Below are positions 24,481 to 39,568 of a stretch of 64,000 bases of DNA, one piece after another. The position numbers were made by a program, and so were the translations under genes. The stretch is from Kudoa neothunni. Its lineage: Eukaryota > Animalia > Cnidaria. The DNA lies in the NCBI GenBank assembly GCA_964304625.1, contig OZ199838.1, forward strand, positions 14,262,261-14,326,260, read 5' to 3'. Position 1 is the stretch's first letter. Each line of letters begins with the position of its first letter. Below the pieces are notes generated by a model, which worked only from the letters and a program-made list of their open reading frames with translations, had not been told where the DNA came from and did not search any database.

Positions 24481-26896
24481 GAATAATAACAACAAAATGT
24501 TTCAAAGTAAGAAGTTATCGCAAATTCACAAAAAAGGGAATTAATCGTTGTTGATTTCGTTACAGAGAATCATCGAATAAATAATTTTATACGTGACGCA
24601 ATGCTTTATTTCAAAATAAATATCTGCAGTAAAAGTTTACCAAAGCCGAGTTGCAATTAAGCATTTTAATAAGTCTTTAAGTCCACCTACTACAAAAATT
24701 GAGAATAAAAAGGTGTCAAAAATTTATGAAAATAAACACATTTTAAAATGTTACTCTCCAGTTGAGAACAACGGTTTGAACGTTTTTATCGTTATTAGCG
24801 ATAAGACACTATTTTATCACGACCATAGACTATTTTGGAATTATCGCGTAGTGTGTATTACGTGTTGGTGGGATTCTGAATGCTTAGATTAAAAAAGACT
24901 CTGATGGCGAAGATATCCAATGCTAAGCTGTCATTACAAGTATTTGTTATAAATGTACAAAAAATTTTAATTTATAGCTAAATAAAATAAAATTAAACTA
25001 ATTACCTATTTGACTAATCTTTCTTAAGTTTAATGAATTAATGGCTATACATAAAAATACAACCTCATCTAAGTTTAATTGTTTTACTTCGTTCCTACAT
25101 CGAATCTATGTTTGTAACACGATTACTCGAAATTAAAAAGATAGAAAAGCAAGATTAAAAAATAAGTGTTGATAAATTGAATGATCAATAATTACGCATT
25201 TTGGCTGAAATATAATTTATTTTAATATAGTTCTAATGGAGTTGCTATTACGCCAGGAAACATAAAAATGTTTTGACTCCAATATTGATCAGAACCTTGA
25301 TCTTACTCGATTAATTTTTATGCACCATTCGCTTGACAAGGTTGCTAAAGCAGCGTTGTCTACTTTTCCCCATTTTATGCTTGATGTTATAGAAGAAATT
25401 ATAAATCGATCCATACAAAGAAATAAGAAGAAATGAGATTACTAAAAACCTTTTAAAACTTTTATTGAGAAAAAAATTAATGATCTATAATTTGTGAATC
25501 TTATCATCATGTAAAAGAATAGGACTATATAACGCAAAGATAATATTATTAGGATTTTACCGCATATTTTACAATTATTTAAAAAAAATGAAAAATTACT
25601 ATAGATTTAAACCGAACTTACATTTTATTTTTAAAAACTTATACAAATTATATGACTTTTATTTTTTGTTGTAAAACTCATTGAGACGAAGAAGCCTTTC
25701 TAAATAGAATTAAGCGATTAATTTATTTCAGCAGAGAACATAAATCTCAAAATGGAATCTTTCAGTTTTGGATAATATTAAAATTTATATTTATCTAAGT
25801 GATCCGATGATAAGAACTCAGATTATAAAGTAATCCAATTAATACGTCAATTGTACAAATAAAATTAGAGCTGGGAGTGTCTAGGAAAATTGTCGACTAG
25901 ATTGAAAGTTACATTTATAAATTTGTATGGATTAATAAAAAGCTTATTTTTTAAACCGAGTCGTATATTTTATTCTAATATGAAACCATAATTTTTTATT
26001 CTATATGTTGCCAAAGAATTCATTTCAAATTGAAAGTGTTGAACAAAAATATTGTTTATATAATAAAGTTGAACAAATTAAGTATCCAAGATGTAATGAC
26101 ATCACAAGATTAGATTAGGTTGAATTATGGAGTCTTGTTTATCAACAAAATAATTTTCATTCCATCAGAAAATATTGTACATCTCTACCTTAACTAACTC
26201 AGAGTAACGTTTTTCCTGAATGGATTATTTATCCTGCTGGGGCCGTTCAAACGATCACATGAAATAAAACGTTGTATTTTACATTAAATAGTCTAAATCG
26301 AATTTCTCAACATATCGACAGTTTGTTGTAATAACGCTGATGTTTCTGAGTCAATTATGAGTTTACATAACATATAAGTATATAATTAAATATTAGATTA
26401 GTTTTTATAAAACATTTAGCCCCATGTTCGATTTAGATTTGCAAAGCTGGACAGAATTTTAATACAATATAATTCAAATTTGAATCAACGAGAGTTCATA
26501 CGATGTATAGATGAAGCACGCGCCTAATCCGATTTAATTATTGAATCCATTTATGATAATATTATTATTCTATTGAAATTATCTCCGTTAAAAATTATAC
26601 AAGTTACATTCAATTTTTGGTTATTGAAGAGAATTTGGCAAGAAATATCTGATTATTTTACCCTCATATGACTCTACTTAGTTTTTCGAGATAGTTGGAA
26701 TTAAAAACAATGGTCAATCAATCAATTAATTATTCATCCAATGTCAGTTGGATATTTTGATACTAATAATGAATAAAAATCATAATTTATTGTGATAATT
26801 TTCATCAAGGAATTCGATTTACATTATCATTGTGGGACTTCACGAAAAAATTTTCTAATTGATTTTTTACATTCCGACCGATCCAGATACCAGATA

Positions 26897-28157
26897 TTAC
26901 CGGGTTTTGAATCAAAATCCGGACATTATCGCAATTAACCTCGTTTGTTGCTCCACGCTGTTTGAATATTGTTGAAGCTATGTCTGGCAGAACTGAACAT
27001 ACTAACGAGAGACGAGAGATGGTAATTGACGCTATGATTTTTAACGGTAAATCCCAGGCACAGGCTGCCAGATATCTAAATGTTCCTCGCTCAACGATTA
27101 GCGATATAATAAAAACCTACAATATTGAAGAAAGGGTTTTAAAAGCTCCCAAAAAGGGGTTCTAGAAATGTTACGTTGGCCGAGAATCTACAGAAAAGTC
27201 TATTAGACTTAATTAATGATGATTGTAACATAACATTGTAATTGATCATAGCAAAGTTAAATCTGAGAGTACACAGGTCAACTGTTTGAAGATGGCGAAA
27301 CACCCTAAATATATCTTATAAAACGACGCACCCGGTACCTAGAAGTAGAAATAGCGTAATAGCGTTGAAGTTAAATCAAGACGCAACATATATGTCAATT
27401 GGTATACGAGCCTGCCTCTTTATGTGCGCTATAAAAATGTGGTTTTTGTGGATGAGAGCCTGTTTTCGTTATATTTATTACGCTCTCATGGGCGTTCGCA
27501 TGTTAGAAGTTCCAACTTGGAACAACACCTAATCCGGTGGTGCAAAATAGCAGGGGGAGAAACGCCACCATGATACTCGCTGTTAACGCAATACACGTGG
27601 TAAGCTGGAAGGCTGTACTCGGCGGTGTCAACCACATAATTTTTTAAGAGTTCTGGAGTAAACTCAAGAATATTTTGGGGGAAGGTGAATTCATCGTTGT
27701 GACGGATAACATTAGGTTCCATCACACAAGATCCGAATTCTATGATGAAAATCCATACGAAATTCATTATCTCCCAAGCTATTTGCCCTTTTTAAACCCC
27801 TGCGAGGAGGTATTCTCACAAATAAAAAATAATGTGAGAAGAACTGGAACCAACGAATTACTGGAAAGAATGAAAATTTCCACAAGTAATGCAACGGAAT
27901 GAAATTTAAAAAATTATTTCCAACACGCCGAAACATTCTTACGAAGATGTCATACTTACCAAGGTATTGGTCGCGATTAAAATCAATATATTTATTTATT
28001 GTTCTATTTCTATTTTTGCATTTTAACTTTTGGTGACGCGTATTTTTTAGTTGATATAATTATCAAACCTTTTATACTTAATCATGCGTTAGAATTAACA
28101 TGTTAGATATCCAAAAACAAAAAAATAATGTCCCAACCTGGATGAAAAACCCGGTAA
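26897..28157 (+). mobile_element. Tc1/IS630-family DNA transposon, degenerate
   Basis: TA|TTACCGGGTTTT...AAAACCCGGTAA|TA with ~34-bp imperfect TIRs. Contains an HTH (QAQAARYLNVPRSTISDII), VVFVDES, VVTDNIRFH and YLPSYLPFLNPCEEVFSQIK, broken by stops and frameshifts. Confidence 0.9.
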
Positions 28158-28481
28158 TATTGAAAAAATTAAAATTAATTCATTTTTGAGCCGAAAACTG
28201 GCGACATACATTGTTTGGTCTTAAAATTTACCACAAATATCACGAATAGAAAACCAACGTTAGGACGATAAGAAAATAAAACAGCCTTATTATTGCAAAA
28301 CACGCCAAAGAATCAATAACTTAATCTCATATTTATTATCACTTCTCATTGTTTGCATCAAATCTCAAACGAAGAAGGAAATAAATGAAAACGTGGAAAT
28401 GGAGTAAAATATTAAAAATATTAGTCTCCGTAAAGTTGTAATGATTGACATTGTTATATCATTTGTGTGAATAGCAAAGTA

Positions 28482-29449
28482 TCACCACTTTTTCTTTTGT
28501 TCATCTAGGCTGACGTTGCCAGGGCCGGTGGAAACCAGCACAAGCATACCTCCAATTATTGACATATTTTGAAAGAATTCAAATCTGTAATAATCATGCA
28601 GATGACTATGAGAAGGGTAGCCCCAGAAACGATTAAGGAAAATGTTTAGTAGAAATAGATAGGTGGCGGCCAATGATCCAGCCAGCATAGTTTTATATCC
28701 GATAAGGAACAAAATCATCAAAACCGTAGAAATAATAATTCTAACAACAACCAGCATCGAAGTGAACTCCTCATTGAGCATAGAAACAACAAACATAAAA
28801 GTGAGAAGCACTCTTCCGCACAATTGAAGATAGGAGTCAGTTGTGTTGCCGTAATCATTGATGGGCGGCAACGATCCAAAAAGAACTTCGTTGGCCACTG
28901 CTGGTGGTCTGCATGTGACATACAACAGGATAAGACCTCCCAAAAGTGACATCACCCTAACAAATAACAAAAAATATGTTACGATTCGTATGTTGAAAAT
29001 ATCCAATATCACTACCTCAACATATAAATATAATCGGTGAATGTACGATAAGCAATAGCCTACAAACAAATAACAGATCAAACATTCGAATCTAATCCTT
29101 AAACCCAACCAATAACGATGAATACCTGAAAAACAACCGTCGATGCCAACATCGTAATACTACAAACTTCATACTTTTTAAAGATGATAAAGAAACACGG
29201 AATGATCTGACAGAAAAAATTTATCAACACAATTACTGATGCCACAGACCAATGGCATTTCCATAATTGCTCAAAAAACTCCTTTTGAGGTCTAAATTGG
29301 TAGTACATTCGAAACCCATCTTCAATGTAGGTTGACAACAAACATATCTTCGCAATCAATGGAATAAATTTTCTAAACCTTTTCCACTGTTCATGAGCCA
29401 CATACTCCGCTTCATCAATTTTGGTGGAATATTCACCAAATAAATCCAT
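28482..29449 (-). CDS. SURF4: Surfeit locus protein 4 / Erv29 ER cargo receptor, spliced
   Basis: IAKICLLSTYIEDGFRM, LQLCGRVLL, IGYKT, YYRFEFFQNMSIIGGML and GPGNVSLDEQKKKW* (dilysine ER-retrieval end). Two short introns join in frame. Confidence 0.95.
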
Positions 29450-31569
29450 TTTTCGGAATAAACGATACGACAACAACCGAAGAACGACTATGATGCTACT
29501 ATTGTTGGAACACACTTGATCACACGCCGATTAACGCTTATCTCACTTAAGATACCTAAGTTCATTTCCTTTAAATTATAATCCTCAAAGATCGCTCAAA
29601 AAATGCATAGATAGAGATATTAGTATTACGTGTGACACTACAATCGCGATATTATAAATATACCCTTACCGGTGAGATTTGCATTAGTTATTATAACGAT
29701 TGATTGAAAGCGATTATAGTTTTTAAAGTAATATTTTGTTGGGCTCAACCAACTAGTTCGAGTATGCATTGAATCGCTCATTGATATCATTGCTTTTCGA
29801 CAGATGACGAGGCATTTTTTTAACCCAGTTAATGTGCTCTGCAAATTTTGTGAATGCTACTTTAAATTTTATATTCTTAATGGATAGTTCTAACGTGGAA
29901 ATATGATTAATTCTTATGTGGGGCGCTAATTAGATACCTGAAGTTGCGTCATTATCCGCTGATTTTATCAATGTTATTTCTTCTATCCAACATGTCAATG
30001 TTAGAATCTTGTGTTAATTATGAGTAGTTTATCTGTTTATTTGAACGCATTAAATTGAGAAATAAATCTCCGGATTAATATTTGATTCGCATATCATAAG
30101 ATATAACTCAAAACTGAGATAATTTGATGCTTTCTTCAAAAGACAAAATAAATAAATGTTAGATAAAATCTATTTAGTTCGAAAATTTTTACCTCATAAT
30201 AAACTTATTCATAATAACTTCTTAAAACAAGGTTAAGGTGGCATTTTCGCCAGTAATCGGGTATTTTTGCTGAATAGTTAATTTCAAGAAAGATCATGCT
30301 TTTAATAACTTAAAGTCCTAATTTTATATTGATTTTTCTCGCTTTATTATTGTTCGCGAAAATTTCATTAATCGTTATTTAAAAAATTGCCTCTTTATAT
30401 ACAAAATATTTATGTTACCTTCCGAATTAAAATTAATTTTAAAGTTTATTTGATAATGAAATCCTCGGGTAATTCTGTCAGCTCCATAAACACTAAAGTT
30501 CACGCATTATAGGAATTCGAAACAATTTCTGCCATTATTTTTAGTTAATGTGAGACTCCAAGTCAGTTAGATTAGGATAAAGGTGGGGTTCATATTTCCA
30601 CTGGAGTCTGGTTATTATGAAGAAGGTATATTCGACCAAATAAATCGATAAAATATTATTATTAAAACCACATAATATTATGAATTAAATTAATTTTTGA
30701 TTAAAATTTAATAGAATTTTTAAATTATATTTTTTTTGAGTATTGGACACGTATCGTGGAAAATAAGAAAAATAAAATTTTTATCAACATCAATAATAAA
30801 GTATTTTTCAATCAAATGTATACTAAAACATTGCATTCATAATTTTGTGTTTATTTCGATTAACCCATTGTGGTCAAATTTGAACGTCACGATATTGGAT
30901 TACATGTATACTCAATTTTTGATTACCTGTGTAAATATTATAAAAGGTGTTTAAAATATAATAAAATTTATGAATCTATCTATACACGAAAAAACTTACA
31001 GATTAAAAGACTCATTGTTACATAGCTTATTTTAGACTTAATAAAGTAGATGATTTGTAGTGGTGTAATTTCATTTCCTAATGTAGAACCAACCAGTTTT
31101 TATAATGTGTTATTTTAACATAAATAATTAAAAAAGTTTCTTTTAACAATTTTTACGATTATTCAACTGGTTGAACGTGAAACAGCAACGCATATTTTCG
31201 TTAATTCTTATTATGCATCATTCGTCTAAATAAATCAAATTTTCTTCGCTGAATCAAATAGTGATTGTTATTTTAAATTAAACGCAAAATGTTATTAGAC
31301 TGGAATATTAAAAATTGCAGCTTAACGTATGCACGTTAATCATTAAATATCTTAGAAGGAATAAGAGGCGTAATCTATCAAAAATAATTCAATTTTAAAA
31401 GAAGCATGCTATTGGTTATCGGTGGCCATGTGATAAAAAATGGCGGGCTATATTACCCTATTTAACATCCAGTTTCAAAAAGCATCCATTCCATTTGAAA
31501 TTATCGATAAATTGATTTATAATCAGTCATATAGCTAGTTTACGTTTGCAAAAACATCCTAATAAAGTA

Positions 31570-33476
31570 CTCTGACTTATGGGTCGTGCGTAATCAAAAC
31601 CATTACGCACGACACTTAACGTAACTTTGCACATGAGCGATTAAATAAATTAAAAAATTAAGTTATATTTTGACCAACTAGAGTATTTAATTAGTTTAAT
31701 AATTGAATTAATTTGTAATGGAACACGACATGAATTTGAAGATTCACTAAAAATGCATTATGCGAAATGTTATATCTTTTTATTAAATCATAAACCAGGA
31801 CTTCCCCATTCATTTTAGTTCTCGGATCCCCTATCGCTTACGAGAACAACTCCACATCCCTTACCAAAAGAGAGATTTAAAATGGATTTATTTTTAGGAG
31901 TAAAATATTTGTATTAAAATAACATTAAAAGGAAAAACTCCGTCTATTTTAACAAGAAAACGAATGTGAATAAAATAAATAAAACTGATAATAAATTAAA
32001 TGTTTTGAATTTTTTTTCTTGGCTTTATTGGACAATAATTGGGCCAAATGGGACTCTCTACCAGATAAAGTTACGAATAAATCATAATTTGTAAAGGTAC
32101 AAGATATGCTAAAATTTTTGTGCAAAATATCAAATGTGAATAGTTGAGCTTACATGAAATTTTGGGTTTTGTAGTTTGATTATAAATCTAAAAATTTAAT
32201 AAGGAAATTCAATATGTTACCCAATCTCAAATTCATAATTTTATTTATAGAATTTTTTAGTGCGAATTGACTTTAATTAAAGTATAAAAATTTAAAATAA
32301 TTTAACGAACAAATCTAAATAACGTAACCTTGGCATTAATTAAAATTTAATTCTTACTTGCTATATAGATTAATTAAATATAATAAATAATATAATTTTT
32401 AATGATTCATCCATTTTAAAACCTTTTACATGTCGTTTACTTTCCCATAAAAAAGTAAATACTTCAAAATTTTTTTATGTTGTTCCATTTAAAATTTAAA
32501 CTCAATATTTTGTTTACGAATGAAAAAGGAATAAATTATCATTTTATTTCATATACTAGTAAATAGTAAATAATAGGTTGAAAGCATAAATTAATCCTCG
32601 GTAAAATTCATCAAATGTCTATTTATTTAACAGACTTATTTCAGCTTCGACTGCGTACAAATCACAAATGATATATTGTCGAGGGAGATTCTAAGTATTT
32701 GGAATCGATACATTTTGTAAAAAGCATGTTCAGCCGTACAATTTTTTCGTTGACTCCAGATGTGAGTCTCGGAACCCTAAAGGGTCCGGGAATTCCCCAA
32801 TCAGGAAGCCCTGTTATAAACCGACCAATAGCTACGGATGTTAATTTTGAGGCATCATAAGAAATTCATTAGCCTCATTAATGAAAGCATATTGAGAATC
32901 TTCTATCTATTTTGCTCTCATCAGTGCAATCCACTCTTCTACTTGTAGATCAAAATCCATATTTTACCCATTGAGAGTTTTTATTACTTTTGAGTAGAAC
33001 AATCGTTATAATATTAAAACAACCAGTTTAAATAGTTATAATAGTATCAAAGGCAGACCTTATTTTTACATCAAAGATCTTCATTGTTTCAGATTTAGCG
33101 TTTGATTTAATCGCTACTTTTTGATAATATTTTATAATTTTAACTTTTGGGACAGAGTTGAAACTTCATTACCATCTGTTGCCGCATAAGCCTTAATATT
33201 CTTAGTTATGAACAAGAAATCATTACATACGAGCCATAATTTTCGTCGTTTTGAAGAAAATTCATTACGCACGAGCCCTAAGTGTGTACGACACATAAAA
33301 AGCATAAAAACTATTGGTATTTTAATTTTCCTAAAGTACAATTGGAGGAATATATTACTTTTGTTATAAAGTTTGTAGAGTACAAATTAAATTTTCTGTA
33401 CATTCATTATTTTACGTTTTATTGCGATATTACGTACGTCCCATTATTGCGCATGAGCCAAACTCATAAGTCACTG
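31570..33476 (-). mobile_element. pogo/Tigger-family transposon relic
   Basis: TIRs similar to CAGTGACTTATG(G/A)G with TA flanks; CENP-B-type HTH relic DLQVEEWIALMRAK on the minus strand. An internally deleted relative lies at 50429-51234. Confidence 0.7.
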
Positions 33477-33692
33477 TACATAAACTTTTTCAAGATGTAA
33501 AATTCTTGTATACAATATATTTAATATTTTGTAGGTTGCATAAAAATGAATAATATTAATAATTAATTTAATATTTCGAAAAATGAGTTTTTATATTTAT
33601 TTTCGTGCGATTCTTTCAAACTAATTAGACAATTTTTAAGATTGGTTGTAAAATATTGTGAATGGACCATCGACTCAAATAATAACCTAGAT

Positions 33693-34271
33693 CAGTGGTT
33701 CTCAAACTTTGTATGCAATGGAACCCTTATCTAAATTAACCCATTAAGGTTTGCTGGACTAATTTTAACTGGTTAATATTTATTATAATAAAAAAATATT
33801 TTATTTGTAACGTATCAAAATTTGAATAGCAAACACATTATAATAGAGTAAGTTAACTTAAAACTCAATAAATTGGGCATATTCCGTGATTTTCGATTAA
33901 TGCTCGAGGATAAATCATTTGCAAATTAATCGTTAATCTATTTCGGTGTCTTATTTAGATGAAACTTTACTTATCTTTTCTAATCATCGATCCATTATTG
34001 AGCTTTAAATTATTTAAAATAATTTTTAAATAGGAAAAATTATTGCGTTAACAGCGAAGCAGTACAATCGTACTGCAGCTGCGTTGGTGTGTAGTTAAAC
34101 GGCAGAAGTCAGCTATCAACAATATTATCAACTTTAGCTATTAGTGAAAATTCATTGACATCATAAGATAAGATCTTTACCGATTTTTTGTTATGATTAA
34201 ATGCTGTTTTTCATTGTAGCTTTGTGGAACCCCCAGCCCTTGTTTCATGGAATCTACTTTGAGAACCACTG
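33693..34271. mobile_element. hAT (Charlie/Buster-type) MITE, 579 bp
   Basis: Perfect TIR CAGTGGTTCTCAAA; 8-bp TSD ACCTAGAT/ATCTAGAT (7/8 match) with the central TA typical of Buster elements. Confidence 0.9.
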
Positions 34272-34875
34272 ATCTAGATTAATCCTTGAATTCAAATTTA
34301 TATTAGATGTTAATGAATAAATCAAATAATCATTTTAATAAATGGACGTTCTGTCAGCGTGAGTTTAATCCTATTATCAATATCGCGCGTTTATTTACTC
34401 TATTTTATTTTAATTGCATGTCATTTAACGTAAATTTCATTAAATTAGTGCGTTCATTACATTAACTATCTCATATTTATTTATAGGATAGATTGAAAAT
34501 TGTTTTCTATCTATAAAAATCCGTGAAACGTTTATAAAATAAATAATAATTAACAAATATATTTTTAACTATCATATTTAGAGATTATGACGGATAAGGT
34601 ATCGACGTCGTACATGAAGTATTATTTAGGAGATATATTTGTTTCTGTTTTTGATTTAAACACTGGTGTTGACTAGAGTTTGGTGATTCAATTCCTAATC
34701 GCATCGACAGAATTGCTCGCAACTAACTACAACATTCTTGCTTTAATGTCGATAAAATTAGAGATAAATTAGCTTAATAACCCTGTTTAATCATTACTAA
34801 ATCCTATCAACAGTCGTCGATTAGATAAGTCTAAAATTAGATTTTGTTAATCCATTAATTTAAATATTCTTAAAA

Positions 34876-35370
34876 ATGACGTCTCACCCAATCAGCCGAT
34901 TACTTCTGATCTTAGTACCTATTGCTATAGCTGTTTTATTTATCATCGCATGGATCATTGCTATTATCATCATTTATTTGGCCATCAAAAGAATCGAAAA
35001 TAACAAAAAAGAAACTAGTAACATTTATGATGTTCTGATTTAAATATTCGAATTTTTAAATTAATATTTGGCATGTTTGGATAAAAACTCATCGTATTAT
35101 TGTTTATTAATGATCATTATAGGAAATGATGTTCCACTTGCCATTGTAAATGGGCCCCCATCCGACACTCATAATTACGCTCTCGGGGTGGATTGCACGT
35201 CTGGTACTACTCAGGTTCCCACTCAACCAATCCATACTACATATCAAGATCAACAAAACTCAGCACCTCACTATTCAAATGAATATAATAATAAGGAGCC
35301 ATACGCTGATATTAACGGGAACGATCATCTCCATTACGAAAAATGCCTACCACCTGGATATATGCAATGA
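34876..35370 (+). CDS. Small single-pass membrane protein with PPxY tail, paralog 1 (2 exons)
   Basis: Exons 34876-35017 and 35123-35370 joined by a phase-1 intron: MTSHPISRLLLILVPIAIAVLFIIAWIIAIIIIYLAIKR...NGNDHL...LPPGYMQ*. Confidence 0.75.
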
Positions 35371-38300
35371 AAAAATTCGAGCATATACTCAAATTTTTGA
35401 TATATCCCATCTTTTAAAATTGTTTTATTTTATTATTTGAAAGCTGTTTATTTTCTAATATAATATATCTATACTTTTAAATATCATTATTTTCCTTACG
35501 CTACATCTGTAAAAAAATGACCCACATAGTTCTTTTTAGGTTTTATGATTTTTTAAAAATATTTAATGTTTTAACATTAATGTATTTGATTTAAAAAGAA
35601 GATTAGATGTACATTGAATTGAAATTTTTTGAGAAAAACGACAAATTATTAAATATGAAGCTGGTCGCCTCAAGAAATCAAAATTAATGTTCCGATACAG
35701 TAAGAAATAAACATAAAGTTGTCGGAGAATTATAAAAAAACATATAAAGAAAAATTTGCAAACAGATGAATTTGAGATATTGAAATCGACTTTAAAATAA
35801 ACCTCGTTTTGTGACTAATTATTGTGTTCAAGAATTTGATTCACAATTAATTTGTAATAAAAAAAGAGAATTTCAAGAATATGTAACTATATTTAAAAAT
35901 ACTGTTTTTATATTTTATTTATGTTTTTCGAATTGTCACACTTGGTAAAATCATTATATTCGGAAGCTTTTGGAATGAAACACACTCCCGTTTTTTAATA
36001 ATGGGAATAACAGTTTATAATAATCGCTTAATAACTTTGACTAATTATCATAAAATTATTTCAATTTTAAGATATTTCAAAATAAAATTGAATGTGTAGT
36101 CTTACCCAGTCGTTCTACCATAAATAATATGTTTTTAGTAATTGATTTTTTGTATTTCGCCAATTATCGAGCTTACCATTTCCTTATTTATTTAATTTAA
36201 AAAATTGTATAATATTTATTTCAAAAAGAAAAAAATCAAATATTTTAATGGTGATTTAAGAATGAATAAAAATCTGCGATTAATTTTTTTCCATAGTTTG
36301 TTCAGGTGAAGAATTAAAAACGCAGAAATATCAATGTTAACGAAACATCTATACGTTTTACGAATTCATATTCAAAATTTAATACAAATTTCTGGTTTTA
36401 GTTATTTTAATATTATCAAAATATCAGAATTAGATGGTATTCTTAATTAAACAGGCCGTATTGGAGATATTATGAAAGTGGTTGTATTACAGTTTTAGAG
36501 AGAATTTAGAGTTTATTAGATAAATAACTCGACTACGAGATAAATGAGCGGATAGCATAGATTCTTTAAATTATAAGACATATTACCGCATTAATTATTT
36601 ATAAATGGAAATAGGTTGTATTATATGAACATTGTAAAGGTGAATTAACACATGAAAATTTCGAATGATCTAATTCAGAATTTTATTAAAAGAGGCAGAA
36701 CTATATGGAGTTTTTCGAGGAAAGCGAATAGGTAAAAAAATTAATTTCGCATTTATAAATAAAACCAAATAGATATTCATCTCATTTTGTGTTTAATATT
36801 GATGAGACCACCCTAGATAATCAAGAACAAAAAATTAGATTATAGTTTTCAGAAATATTTAGACATAAATGAAAATTATGATTAGACTCAATAAATTCCT
36901 CCTAATTCACGCACAATAATTAAAAGTATAACAAAATTATTTCCTTACTATATTTATAAATAACATAGACTTCCTACTTGTTTATTTAGTTTATTACACA
37001 TTTACATATGGAAGTGGCTAGTTATTGCAACGGATCTTAATATCCAAGTGAGTGTATTTTTGGCTGTAACTGATTATTTTTAATCCTTAAGAGAGGTAAT
37101 AATGGAGCAATAATACTTAGTTATAATATTTTTACGAAGTTAAGTCTGTAAACAGTTTGTGAGCAAAAATTGCAGGATTAAAATTTGTCGTCATGCATGC
37201 GCGATGACAAATTTATGATTTAGTTATAATACGAAAATAGCGTTTCTATAAAATAGAAAAACTTAATTTTAGGATAAGATTAAAATGAATTTTTCGAAGT
37301 TAAATGCATATTTCAGATACACATGTTTACCTATTAATTTCGCCGACAATTTAATATTTAATACTGGTTGGATTTATCTATAATTGATAGAATAATCAAT
37401 TGAAAATTAAATTTAAGATTTTGATCTCAAATATGAGAATTAAATATATTATAAAATTGTAAACTAGTTCATATTGAAAACAAGCGAGATTGGTTACAAC
37501 AGAAAAATCAACCAGGATGATTATTTTATTTTTGTGTAATTACTAGTTTTTTGTACAAAAATTTTAAGTTAATACTCAATTTGTTAGACATATTAGCCAT
37601 TATAATATTTTATCTCTTATACTCTCACAATCATTTTTACAGGCCATTAAAATCAACAAGTAAAACCTCTTTTATGTATCTTATAAGTTGATTGTGAAAA
37701 TCATGATTCTGATCGATTATCACAATCTCTTCCTAGCGATTGCCTATTATTAATTACATGAATCAAAAACAAGAATTTCATATTTCCTGCGATCCATATA
37801 CATTCAATTTTTGCAAATGTTTTATATTACTACCAAAAATAATTCATTGGGTAAATATATAGAAAATTCTAACATAAGATGTTCAATAAATATTACATTG
37901 TTATAAAAAATAAATGTAAAATTTATACTTAGGACGAACTGTTACCATTAATCGGTAAATATCGTTGTTATTCTGCAGGTTTACTATATTTTAAAATACC
38001 ATCTATTAAATCTCATTTTTTTGATTTCGATCAATTTCTGAAACAATTTTTTATATTGTAAACAGGTAACATATTATCGTGAAAATCCAAATTAGGATAT
38101 AATTAAAATATTATTTCACCAATGTGATTAATTCGAACACATAAAAAAATAATTTATAAGTTAGATGTATCATTTTTATAAATAGATGAGTTACATTAAA
38201 TAACAAAATACATCATTTGTTTGTTGAAAATTATTCCCGTAGGTATTGATGCTCATTTGTTAACCCTAATACTTGAATTTAATGAATATTGGTGCAATTA

Positions 38301-38687
38301 TAATTAAAGATAGTAATTAGTTTTTATTTTTAGAAAAGCTGAAGCAGTTAACAACAAGAAAAGGATTAAGAAAATTTTTAAATTCTAATTATCTTATTTA
38401 TTTGATTTTAAATAAAGTTGAGCGATAATATTAAAACTATTATTTATAAGATATATTAGAGATTTTCCTCATTAAAATTATATCACTTGTTAATTAGAAC
38501 TGATCGAGCAAAAATCTAACATTAGCTTTGAAATAGGTTGCTACTGTTTTAGAACAACGGCTCGGCAAATATCTTTTTAACCAGCATTAACTTATCTATA
38601 TCTCCCTTTGCGCTCCCTCTAATCCATCGAATGCCAACGACTACATAAAATCTCCCTTTTTATCATAATACTCTATTTTTTTGAACC

Positions 38688-39188
38688 ATGTTTGGATTTG
38701 AATCATTTGGATTCAATCCGTGGATTGTTATTGCAATTCCAGTTGTTGGAGGGGTGGTTTTCATTATCATCGTTATTGCTATAATTATTTTTGTTGTGCA
38801 GCGAATGAGACTCGAAAATAAAGTACAACGTAATTATTAATTTATATCAATTTAAATATTTCATATTCTATTTTTTTAATTGGCCAATTTAACATAATGT
38901 GAAAATAGATCTTTTATATGGTTGATGCCATTTGTTTTTATTTTAGGAGGTGAACTTCCACCGTCCGTGTTAAATGAGCCCCAAGTACATGTGCATCATT
39001 ACGATTACGAGACCGATCCGGCGTATGGGGTTGCTCAAAGCCGCGTTCATCCGCCTTACACAGCCTATTACCGTACACCCAACTCGAGATTTCATCACTC
39101 AAATCAACACGCTAATGGAGGGTTATATGTTGGTGTCCATGGGAATGATCATCTCCGTTTTGATACTTCACCACCAAGGTACATGTAA
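38688..39188 (+). CDS. Small single-pass membrane protein with PPxY tail, paralog 2 (2 exons)
   Basis: Exons 38688-38829 and 38947-39188: MFGFESFGFNPWIVIAIPVVGGVVFIIIVIAIIIFVVQR...ELPPSVL...HGNDHL...SPPRYM*. Confidence 0.78.
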
Positions 39189-39568
39189 GGAATGAGTGCA
39201 ACCGCTTGATAACAAAGTTGGGATCTTACCTGGACTTAAAGGTTATTCATAGTGATATACACATCTTCTGTTTGTTTGAATACATTTATTAATCGATTTT
39301 CTTTCTTATTTATTTTTATATTACTTGCCGCCATGGAGTTTGAAAGTTTTTTAATTGTGCTCTAGAGATTGCAGTGAATCCATTTTTGCTTTAACATTGT
39401 CAAGGAAGAATAGTTTTTTAGAGTTGGAATTAAAAAATTTCTTAATAGGTCACTTATCTAATAATTTATGGTTATTTATGAAAATGAATGGAGTACCCCA
39501 ATAAATCTATTTCCTTTCTAATAGACCCCCAGTATAGGATTAAGTGGAGGTCAATTCTAATATTTTAA

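Noticed and set aside
29638-29844. WW-domain-like peptide HTRTSWLSP
   Set aside because: The first Trp and the aromatic core are absent, and no gene structure supports it.
31583-31613. Perfect hairpin GTCGTGCGTAAT/ATTACGCACGAC
   Set aside because: It is a subterminal repeat of the pogo-like element, not a separate RNA or terminator.
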